Shown here in pieces: positions 1 through 8,062 of a stretch of 48,913 bases of DNA. The position numbers and the translations under genes were made by a program. Each line of letters opens with the position of its first letter. Position 1 is the first letter of the stretch. Source of the stretch: an uncultured bacterium (GTDB lineage Bacteria > Patescibacteriota > Minisyncoccia > Phycocordibacterales > GWA1-40-21). A model generated the notes under the pieces. It was not told the origin of the DNA, did no database searches, and saw only the letters and a list, made by a program, of their open reading frames with translations. The DNA is taken from NCBI GenBank assembly GCA_903823865.1, contig CAIJUJ010000029.1, forward strand, positions 1-48,913, given 5' to 3'.

Positions 1-17
1 CCCGCCCTCTTTGTATT

Positions 18-935
18 TTATAGTAATTCTTTTAACCCCTTTTCTAAATCAATTTTTGGCTCCCAATCCAATAAAAATTTCGCAAGTGAAATATCTGCCA
101 AAGAATCTTTTGGTTCTATCCTAGGTAATAAATATTCAATCGGTCCTCCAATAATTTTTGCAATATCTTTTACAGAATATCTTTTACCGGTACCAATATT
201 AATTGACTCCCCTTTTCCAATCATTTCACTTTTCGCCGCTAAAATATTTGCATTTACAACATCTGAAACATGAACAAAATCTCTTGTTTGCATACCATCA
301 CCAACTATTGTAAGTTTTTTACCTAGCTTTTTTTGCTCTAAAAATACAGAGACGACTCCAGAATATGGGCCTGTTACACTCTGACCCTTCCCATAGGCAT
401 TGAAATATCTCAAACAAACTGTTTCAAGTCCATAAATTTCTGAAAACATTTTACAATAAAGTTCCCCCATATATTTCTGCACTGCATATGGACTTTTTGG
501 ATCTGCAATTTTCGTTTCCATAATTGGAAGTTTTGTTACATCACCATATACAGAACTTGATGCAGAATAAATTACTCTTTTAACACATGCGTCCTTTGCA
601 GCTGTAAGCACGTTTAAGGCGCCGTTAACATTTACATCATTTGTAATTCCAGGATGTTCAATTGAAAACTGCACTGATGGAATTGCGGCCAAATGAAAAA
701 CATATTTTGCTCCTTTAAATACTGGTCTAATTTTATCTAAATCTCTAACATCTAAATTAAAAAATTTTGCTTTTGGATGTACATCTTTAACTTTTCCTGA
801 ATAAAGATTGTCAATTACAAAAACATCAAAACCAAGTTCTACAAGTTTTTTTACTAAATGTGAGCCTATAAATCCCGCTCCACCAGTGACCACAACTTTT
901 TCTGAGCCCTTTTTTATTTTTTTTGTTTTTTTCAT
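18..935 (-). CDS. NAD-dependent epimerase/dehydratase (extended SDR, GalE/WbpP-like)
   Basis: 305-aa ORF with GGAGFIG Rossmann motif, YAVQK (YxxxK), LRYFNAYG and RDFVHVSD. Confidence 0.9.
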   Translation of the reverse strand: MKKTKKIKKGSEKVVVTGGAGFIGSHLVKKLVELGFDVFVIDNLYSGKVKDVHPKAKFFNLDVRDLDKIRPVFKGAKYVFHLAAIPSVQFSIEHPGITNDVNVNGALNVLTAAKDACVKRVIYSASSSVYGDVTKLPIMETKIADPKSPYAVQKYMGELYCKMFSEIYGLETVCLRYFNAYGKGQSVTGPYSGVVSVFLEQKKLGKKLTIVGDGMQTRDFVHVSDVVNANILAAKSEMIGKGESINIGTGKRYSVKDIAKIIGGPIEYLLPRIEPKDSLADISLAKFLLDWEPKIDLEKGLKELL

Positions 936-936
936 T

Positions 937-2289
937 TTATTTTCCTTTTCTTGAAATTAATGTTCTTAAAGTTTTTAGTCCGATTTGTAAATCAAGCATT
1001 AATGATTTATTTTTTAAATAATATAAATCATATGAAAGTTTGGTTTTTGTGTCTGTAAAATTTACACCGCCTTTTGGTGGATTATCCTGACAAATCTGCG
1101 CCCATCCAGAAAGACCGGGCTTAATAATGTGTCTAATACTATAATACGGTATTTCCTTCTCATATATGGCCACAAATAAAGGCAGTTCTGGCCTTGGACC
1201 AACAAGAGATAAATCTCCCTTGATAACATTCCACGCCTGTGGAAGTTCATCAAGACGAGTTTTTCTCAAAAATTTACCGACAGTTGTAAGTCTATTTTTC
1301 TTTTTCAATTCTTCATCTCCTTCATCATCAAAAAACATGGTTAAAAATTTATAAATTTGTACAACTTTTCCACCCTCACCAATTCGTTTTTGTGAAATTA
1401 AAACTTTTGTATTTTTTGTATTTAGCATAATAGCAATAGAAATTATAGGAAAAAGTGGAATTAAAATAATTAAAATAATTAGTGATGTCAAGATATCAAA
1501 AAATCTTTTTAAATATATATACGCGAAATCTTGTCTCAAGGAAATGTTTTCCAAAAACCAATCATATTGCAAAAAAGATAGCGGGACTCTATCAAAAACA
1601 TTTTCATAAACCTTATCCATATCTATAAATTTTACACCAGCAAAAATCTGGTTGTATAAAATAGGCAAAATTGGCTCTATTCTTTTGTCTTTTAAATCAA
1701 TAACCACCACTGATATAGAATCTGATTTTATTTTTTCAATTATTTTTTGCACATATGAAGTCCCCTCTTCTTTGTCTAAATCAATGTCTAATCCAAATTT
1801 TAATTCGGACCTTGGATTTCCATTTATTTCTTTTAAAACATTCTTCATCTCTTCACCACTACCTATGATTATTGCTGGCTCCTTTTCTTTTAAACCAAGA
1901 ACAGAATGTATATAAAATCTCCAAGCATAAAATAAAATAAAAGTGATTATCAAATTTAAAAACAAAATCGTCTTTGGTGTAATGCCAAAATACGGAATTA
2001 AGTAAAAAAATATGACCGCAATAGCACTGTTTACTAATTGTGCGTTAAATATTATTGAAGACATGCTATCTTTCAAAATTGTCCTGTATTTATCATAAAG
2101 ACCAGCAATAAAAAAAATAATGAGCCAAGCAATAAAAATAAACATGAAAGGCACAATGTGTACCTTGAAATTTGACCAAAGGGAAACACTGTTATCTCTT
2201 AAAGCAAGAGAAATCCAAAGCGACAAAATAAATATTAACAAATCTCCAAGAAGTAAGAAAAAGGTTTCTTTTCTGCTTGATATTATCAT
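937..2289 (-). CDS. Polyprenyl-phosphate glycosylphosphotransferase (WcaJ/WbaP-like sugar transferase)
   Basis: N-terminal TM helices; C-terminal motifs KRFFDI, IYKFLTM, LRKTRLDELPQ, LVGPRPE, KPGLSGWAQ and DLYY. Confidence 0.9.
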   Translation of the reverse strand: MIISSRKETFFLLLGDLLIFILSLWISLALRDNSVSLWSNFKVHIVPFMFIFIAWLIIFFIAGLYDKYRTILKDSMSSIIFNAQLVNSAIAVIFFYLIPYFGITPKTILFLNLIITFILFYAWRFYIHSVLGLKEKEPAIIIGSGEEMKNVLKEINGNPRSELKFGLDIDLDKEEGTSYVQKIIEKIKSDSISVVVIDLKDKRIEPILPILYNQIFAGVKFIDMDKVYENVFDRVPLSFLQYDWFLENISLRQDFAYIYLKRFFDILTSLIILIILIPLFPIISIAIMLNTKNTKVLISQKRIGEGGKVVQIYKFLTMFFDDEGDEELKKKNRLTTVGKFLRKTRLDELPQAWNVIKGDLSLVGPRPELPLFVAIYEKEIPYYSIRHIIKPGLSGWAQICQDNPPKGGVNFTDTKTKLSYDLYYLKNKSLMLDLQIGLKTLRTLISRKGK

Positions 2290-2402
2290 AGTAGACCATA
2301 TATTAGCACTTTTACAAAAAAATGAAACCTTTAAATTTGGGCATAGTTTTTTTCCAAATAAGCCAATACGTCTCTTTCATTTAAGCTATTTTTATATATA
2401 AT

Positions 2403-3560
2403 ATGACTACAATGTATTTTGCAAAAAAGAAGCTTTTTATATGTATCACAAAATCAAATTGGGGGGGTGCTCAAAAATATGTTTTTGATATTGCAACAAA
2501 TACACCGAGAGACCAGTTTGATACGACCGTACTTTTAGGTGGAACCGGAGACTTAAAGAATAAGCTTGAAGAGTTTGGAGTAAAAATTTTATTACTAAAA
2601 AATTCACAGAGAGACATCAACGCGAAAAAGGAGTTTTACTTATTATTTGAACTAATAAAATTATTTAGAAAAGAAAAACCTGACATTATACACTTGAACA
2701 GTTCAAAAATGGGGTTAGTTGGTGCACTTGCAGCTAGAATCGCTGGAATAAAAAAAATAATCTTTACGGCACATGGCTGGGCTTTCAATGAAGATAGAAA
2801 TTTTATTTCAAAATGTTTTTTTAGAATACTACATATATTTACAATTATTCTTTGCCATGAAGTAATTTCTGTTTCTGAAATAACAAAATTACAAATTGGT
2901 AAAATGTTTGGTAAAAAGATTACCATAATAAGAAACGGATTGAGAAATATTGAATTGTTAGATAAAAACCATTCAAGAGAGTTTTTGCGTAATAAAATCT
3001 TGGAAAAGAATAGAAAAATAAGTAATGTTTTAGCGAAAAATCCATCGTGGATTGGTACAATTTCGGAATTGCATTCAAATAAAGGTCTAACATATGCAAT
3101 AGAAGCAATCTCAAAAACTCAATTAAATGTTATATTTATTGTTATTGGTGATGGTGAAAAAAGGCAACAGCTCGAAGAACTAATTATCAAACTTGGGTTA
3201 AAAAATCGAGTTTGTTTACTTGGCAAAATAGCTGAGGCTTCTATTTATTTAAATGCTTTTGATATCTTTACACTAACTTCTATAACTGAAGCCCTGCCTT
3301 ATGTATTACTTGAAGCTGGATTTGCCTCATTGCCTACTATCGCGAGCGACGTGGGAGGTATTCCGGAAATTATTGATGATGAAAAAACAGGCCTTTTGGT
3401 TTCACCAAGAAATTCGGAGGAAATTAAACACTCAATTGAATATTTGATAAATAATCCATCAAAATTAAGCTCATTTGGGAACGCATTACATTCAGTAATA
3501 ACAGAAAACTTTACTCAAAAAAGAATGTTGGAGGAAACTTTTTATTTGTATAGAAAATGA
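2403..3560 (+). CDS. Glycosyltransferase family 4 (GT-B)
   Basis: GGAQKYV, HLNSSK, TAHGW, KGLTYAIEA and EALPYVLLEA (EX7E) motifs. Confidence 0.9.
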   Translation: MTTMYFAKKKLFICITKSNWGGAQKYVFDIATNTPRDQFDTTVLLGGTGDLKNKLEEFGVKILLLKNSQRDINAKKEFYLLFELIKLFRKEKPDIIHLNSSKMGLVGALAARIAGIKKIIFTAHGWAFNEDRNFISKCFFRILHIFTIILCHEVISVSEITKLQIGKMFGKKITIIRNGLRNIELLDKNHSREFLRNKILEKNRKISNVLAKNPSWIGTISELHSNKGLTYAIEAISKTQLNVIFIVIGDGEKRQQLEELIIKLGLKNRVCLLGKIAEASIYLNAFDIFTLTSITEALPYVLLEAGFASLPTIASDVGGIPEIIDDEKTGLLVSPRNSEEIKHSIEYLINNPSKLSSFGNALHSVITENFTQKRMLEETFYLYRK

Positions 3561-3616
3561 TATAATTATTGTATAGTAATATTTTATTAATTTGTATTAT
3601 CTAAGAAATTTAAAAA

Positions 3617-3763
3617 ATGTATATGGATAATAATTTAGTTACAGGATTAGCTGGTTGGTTAATTAAAATAGGTCTAGCGAAAGATGAACATTGTGCAAAT
3701 GTTATTATGATAATATTCATAATAATAGGATTTGCCTACACAATATACTCGTTATTTAAATAA
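3617..3763 (+). CDS. Small putative membrane protein (48 aa; not in the ORF track)
   Basis: Hand translation MYMDNNLVTGLAGWLIKIGLAKDEHCANVIMIIFIIIGFAYTIYSLFK*; C-terminal hydrophobic helix; fills the gap between converging genes. Confidence 0.55.
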   Translation: MYMDNNLVTGLAGWLIKIGLAKDEHCANVIMIIFIIIGFAYTIYSLFK

Positions 3764-3764
3764 C

Positions 3765-4964
3765 CTAGAGCCCTAAAAATTCATTTCTTACAAGATCTTT
3801 GTGAGCGTCTCTTCTATATCTACGCATTCCCATCAATATCCCTAGACCAACAAATGATGATAGTAGGTTTGTCCCGCCGTAACTCATAAACGGAAAAGTG
3901 ATTCCTGTTACAGGCATTAGTCCTAGTGCCATTCCGGCATTAACCAAAAAATGACTCATAAATAATATTGCCAACCCTAAACCAAAAAGTATTTCAAAAT
4001 TCGTTGCCCCATAATATGCATTCGTAACAATTCTCCAAATTAAAATACCAAAAACCAAAAAGAGTATAGCTACACCAACTAGACCCCATTCCTCAGCAAA
4101 AGTTGAAAATATAAAGTCTGATCTATATTCTGGTAAGAATTTTAATTTTGATTGAGTACCATAACCGATTCCCTTTCCTAGAATTTGTCCGGAACCGATT
4201 GCTATTGTTGATTGATATGCATTATATCCAGAGCCTCTAATGTCAGAAAGTGGGTGTAAAAAATTTATAACCCTACTTTTTTGATAATCTTTCAAGCCAT
4301 AAACCCATAAGATTGAAAATGCGGTTGCGCCAATAAGAAACACAGCGAAAAGATGTTTTTTTGAAATTCCTGATACAAGAGTCATTCCAAACCATATTAA
4401 AAATATAATTAATGCGGAACCAAAATCTGGCTGAAAATATACTAGTACAAAGATGGAAAGGGCATAAAATCCAGAAACCAAAATATGCCTAATATTTGCA
4501 ATTTCAACGTGTCTTTTTGAAAAATATTTTGCAAGCAAAATGACAAGGACTAATTTAATCGGGTCAGATGGTTGAAATGATAATCCCCCTATTTGAAACC
4601 AGCTTTCCGCGCCCTTTGCAGTATGTCCCAGCACAAATAAAACAAACAAAAGTCCAAGAGAAATAAAAAATATTGTAGTAACCACTTTTGTTTTATTTAA
4701 AAATCTATAATCAAAAAGACTTAAGATAAAAAAAACAATTACGGAAATAATAAGCCAAATGACTTGCTTTTTTACAAAAGTATCATCGCTTACATAAGAG
4801 GCCATTGTTAAAAGTCCTAAAATCGCAATGACAATAACAGAGGAAAACATTATCCAATCAATTTTTAGACTAGAAAATATAGACAGTATACCCTCTCTAT
4901 TCTTGTGTTGAGAATCAGACAACATGCGTTTAGTTTGGTAAAACCCCGTAGTAGATTTTGACAT
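3765..4964 (-). CDS. rodA: SEDS peptidoglycan glycosyltransferase RodA/FtsW
   Basis: Multi-TM protein with GAESWFQIGGLSFQPSD, GYNAYQS..AIGSG, LPEYRSDFIFS, P(V)TGITFPFMSYGG. RodA versus FtsW is not fully resolved. Confidence 0.8.
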   Translation of the reverse strand: MSKSTTGFYQTKRMLSDSQHKNREGILSIFSSLKIDWIMFSSVIVIAILGLLTMASYVSDDTFVKKQVIWLIISVIVFFILSLFDYRFLNKTKVVTTIFFISLGLLFVLFVLGHTAKGAESWFQIGGLSFQPSDPIKLVLVILLAKYFSKRHVEIANIRHILVSGFYALSIFVLVYFQPDFGSALIIFLIWFGMTLVSGISKKHLFAVFLIGATAFSILWVYGLKDYQKSRVINFLHPLSDIRGSGYNAYQSTIAIGSGQILGKGIGYGTQSKLKFLPEYRSDFIFSTFAEEWGLVGVAILFLVFGILIWRIVTNAYYGATNFEILFGLGLAILFMSHFLVNAGMALGLMPVTGITFPFMSYGGTNLLSSFVGLGILMGMRRYRRDAHKDLVRNEFLGL

Positions 4965-5061
4965 TAAAAATGTTTTTTTGTTTCTTATAAATCATTTGGG
5001 GTTTATTTAATATATTAATTTTTTAAATCATAGTAATTTGACACATTTTTAAAAAACAATG

Positions 5062-5835
5062 TCAAAATTCACTACCGGGTAAAACTTTTGAGACAATATC
5101 TACTCTTACAATTTTTCCTGGAAATGGCTCTGGCCATGTAAACACGATATCAGCTGTACCGTCTGCATCTATCGAGTCGATTTTTGTTTTTGAAAAAGCG
5201 ATAGCATTGCCATTTATATCATAGAGAATGGCAACTTCTTCTATATTTGAAATTGGATTAAGTGTAGAGTTTCTCATTGTTACAAACAGTTTTGGTTTCG
5301 TGTCTTCGTTAGTCAAGTTTTTCGATACAGCAGTAATATTTGATTCTTGATTTTCAATTTTTTGCCAAACTGGATTTCCAATAAATTTAAACTCTGTCCT
5401 TGCTGGGACTTTATCATTCAAACTAATATTGTCTTCGAAAATAACAAAATTATTATTTGGCGGAAGGTATGTGGTACCAGTTTTTTGATAAAGCAAAATA
5501 TTATTTTTATCATAAACTTTAAAATTATACTGGGCATTGTAAGCCCCAACTCCAATATTTGGATTCTGTATATAAGTCAAAAAATTATACATTCCACTAC
5601 TCAAAACCTTTGACCATCGCGGTCCCCAAATAACAACTGGGTCACTAAATTGTGCACGACACAAATTTACACATGGCCCACCGCAATCAATTCCAAATTC
5701 GCCTTGATTTTGTACGCCATCACTACAACTTGGTGCTTTATTAAATGTAGTAAATAAAATTATTGCCAGTATGATAACAAAAATAAATAATATTGAAACT
5801 ATATAGGTTGTTTTTCTTCTTTGTGCCCAAGACAT
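5062..5835 (-). CDS. Membrane-anchored hypothetical protein with Cys-rich motif and beta-rich body
   Basis: N-terminal TM helix, then CSDGVQNQGEFGIDCGGPCVNLC. Confidence 0.75.
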   Translation of the reverse strand: MSWAQRRKTTYIVSILFIFVIILAIILFTTFNKAPSCSDGVQNQGEFGIDCGGPCVNLCRAQFSDPVVIWGPRWSKVLSSGMYNFLTYIQNPNIGVGAYNAQYNFKVYDKNNILLYQKTGTTYLPPNNNFVIFEDNISLNDKVPARTEFKFIGNPVWQKIENQESNITAVSKNLTNEDTKPKLFVTMRNSTLNPISNIEEVAILYDINGNAIAFSKTKIDSIDADGTADIVFTWPEPFPGKIVRVDIVSKVLPGSEF

Positions 5836-5875
5836 GTTTTTGTTTAAGATTAATTTTAACTGCTTTTATTATAAC

Positions 5876-5897
5876 AAAAAACTGCCAAATTGGCAGT
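5876..5897 (-). terminator. Probable intrinsic terminator of the 23S-5S transcript
   Basis: ACTGCCAA/TTGGCAGT hairpin followed by a T-tract on the minus strand. Confidence 0.65.
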
Positions 5898-5909
5898 GTT
5901 TGTAAATTA

Positions 5910-6070
5910 AAAACTTAGTTCGGTATTTACTTTCCCCAACAGAGGGAGTTGGAGTTTGGGTTGGGACCAAAACTTCAAAGACAGACTGAGCGAAGGCGAA
6001 GGAGTCGGGGTCGCGAGATTTTTCAGCAGAAAAATACTCGTGACTCATCGCCTAAACGGTATCAAATTTA
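5910..6070 (-). pseudogene. Degenerate 5S rRNA 3'-half relic interrupted by inserted hairpin DNA
   Basis: Minus strand ACTCCCTCTGTTGGGGAAAGTA matches the intact 5S ACTCTCTCTGAAGGGGAAAGTA. GGCGATGA (6045-6052) matches GCCGATGA, about 100 bp away. Confidence 0.55.
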
Positions 6071-6090
6071 ATTTGGGGTGGGACCCAAAT
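5948..6090 (+). repeat. Two partial copies of the mini-element terminal hairpin
   Basis: GTTTGGG-TTGGGA-CCAAAAC (5954-5973) and ATTTGGG-GTGGGA-CCCAAAT (6071-6090). Confidence 0.65.
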
Positions 6091-6196
6091 TTAATTTCTT
6101 ACATAACAAAAAAATACTCGTGAGAGCGTTTTTAGTATTAAAAACTTAGTTCCGGCGCCTAGCTACTTTCCATTTAAGTTGAGAGTAATTCATCCC

Positions 6197-6292
6197 CTTA
6201 CAGGGGCAGTACACCTTTTGGATATTTTATTTCTTTTCAATCATAAAATATCTCAAAAGGTCTTTCGGTCGGGTCCCAATCCCGACCTCAAC
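6197..6292 (-). mobile_element. 96-bp hairpin mini-element, copy A
   Basis: Aligns by eye with 38169-38264 and 6504-6584: GTTGA, stem with TTGGGA loop, ACCTT...AAGGT stem, TACTG, CTGTAAG. Mobility is inferred. Confidence 0.65.
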
Positions 6293-6334
6293 CTCAACGG
6301 GCTTAAATTTAAAAATAATTTTAATCAAAAACTT

Positions 6335-6449
6335 TGTTCTGGCGACTACCTACTTTCCCCTTCAGAGAGAGTATCATCGGCACTACAAGGCTTAACTTCT
6401 GAGTTCGGAATGAGATCAGGTGTGACCCCTGCGTCAAATCACCAGAACA
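6335..6449 (-). rRNA. rrf: 5S rRNA (intact copy)
   Basis: TCTGGTG...CACCTGATCTCATTCCGAACTCAGAAGTTAAGC...GCCGATGATAC...GAAAGTAGGTAGTCGCCAGA. Flanked by a perfect 16-bp IR (6311-6326/6458-6473). Ends approximate. Confidence 0.95.
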
Positions 6450-6503
6450 AAAACTTCGATTAAAATTATTTTTTGAATGAACTTCTGATTCGGAATGAAT
6501 CAG

Positions 6504-6584
6504 GTGAGATTTGGGCTGGGACCCAAATCGCAAGACCTTGAACATCTTGTTCTCGTGATGTGAAAGGTGTACAGCGTCTGTAAG
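6504..6584 (+). mobile_element. 81-bp hairpin mini-element, copy B
   Basis: ATTTGGG-CTGGGA-CCCAAAT, ACCTT..AAGGT, GTACAG, CTGTAAG. Confidence 0.6.
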
Positions 6585-7003
6585 AAGGAACACCCAAGAC
6601 TTTGCACCAGAACTAAATTTTCAATTTTATCATGTGAAAAATATTCAAAATATTTTTTGAATTAATTTCACATAACAGGTTAAAACAAACGATTTGTGTA
6701 TTTTTAAATTTCCTAATAAGAATCGGATAATTAGTATTGCTCGCCTGAATCGATTACTCGACTTACAGCTGCAACCTATCACCTGGTCATCTCCCAGGGT
6801 CCTCAATTGAATTCTAATCTTGGGGACGGCTTCACTCTTAGATGCTTTCAGAGTTTATCCGTTCCGAACATAGCTACTCTGCGTTGCCCTTGGCAGGAAC
6901 AGCAGATAGACCAGAGGTTCGTTCAACTCGGTCCTCTCGTACTAGAGTCAAATCCCCTCAAAATTCTACGCCTGCAGTAGATAGGAGACCAACCTGTCTC
7001 ACG

Positions 7004-7364
7004 CATGTTATCACTCATTACTAAGTGCATTGGACTATAGCTTCATTAAATCAGTATATGGTATGTAGTATACAGTATACTGTATACAAAATACTTAATA
7101 CTCACTCAACTGTTGGTGTTTAGTCTCTACGGGCATATATAATAAATTATATATTTCCCTCGGTATAATCCACTTTCATGGAGTCCACCGATACTAACCA
7201 ACTTGATCGTAATATTTTTTAAATATTAGACCGCCGTGATTTGATTGTGTCTTCTTTCTATTTATACTCAATAACAAAATTACTCACCTTGTTCATTGAG
7301 TTTGTTTAAACGAAAATTCCTCATGGGATTCAAACTATTAAAAAGATAATTCGTTATCTTCTTA
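7004..7364 (-). ncRNA. Group I intron in 23S (361 nt, no homing endonuclease ORF), inserted after U2593 (E. coli numbering by eye)
   Basis: Interrupts GGGTTCAAACCGT|CGTGAGACAG; ends in G; P7 strands GTAGAGACTA and AAGCTATAGTCC; P3-like AACTCAA/TTGAGT. Confidence 0.85.
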
Positions 7365-8021
7365 ACGGTTTGAACCCAGCTCGCGTATCTTTTTAAATGG
7401 CGAACAGCCATACCCTTGGGAGCTTCTCCACCCCCAGGATAAGATGAGCCGACATCGAGGTGCCGAACTCCGCCGTCGATATGAACTCTTAGGCGGAACT
7501 AGCCTGTTATCCCTAGAGTAGCTTTTGTCAGATAATCCCGGGCCGCGTCTAAAACGGGCCGTCGGTTCACTTTGCTCTGCTTTCGCATCTGCTCGACACT
7601 TACGTCTCGCAGTTAAGCCGGCTTTTGCCAATATGCTATCGGCACGGTTTCCATTCGCGCCTAGCCGACCTTAATAGGCTCCTCCGTTACTTTTTAGGAG
7701 GATAGCGCCCCACTAAAACTACCCACCAGATACTGTTTCTATGAGTTTTTTCCTCAAAGATTAGAATATATATTCAAAAAGAACGGTATTTCACTTGCGG
7801 ATCCATCTTCCCCGAAAGAAAAACTTCAAATCCTCCCGTCTACGCTACGCATCCAAAACATATACTCAATACCAAGTTGCAGTAAAGCTTCTAGGGTCTT
7901 TTCGTCTAACTGCAGGTAACCGGCATCTTCACCGGTATTGCATTTTCACCGAGCTGATCTTCGAGACAGTCCCCCACTCATTACACTATTCAAGCGCGTC
8001 TGAACTTACCAGACAAGGAAC

Positions 8022-8062
<41 letters not shown>

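Larger units (their letters stand above)
6141..6621 (-). other. Outer expanded 5S-like sequence enclosing the intact 5S and two mini-elements
   Basis: Its ends (6605-6621 and 6141-6157) pair over 17 bp. 5S loop C segment at 6480-6506, TTAAGCCC at 6299-6306 and GATG..ACTCTC..GGAAAGTAG at 6162-6194 occur in collinear order. Confidence 0.6.

Noticed and set aside
5900-6620. Repeated hairpins near 5S as a possible CRISPR array
   Set aside because: Repeats are not identical, are irregularly spaced and in mixed orientation, and no cas genes are present.
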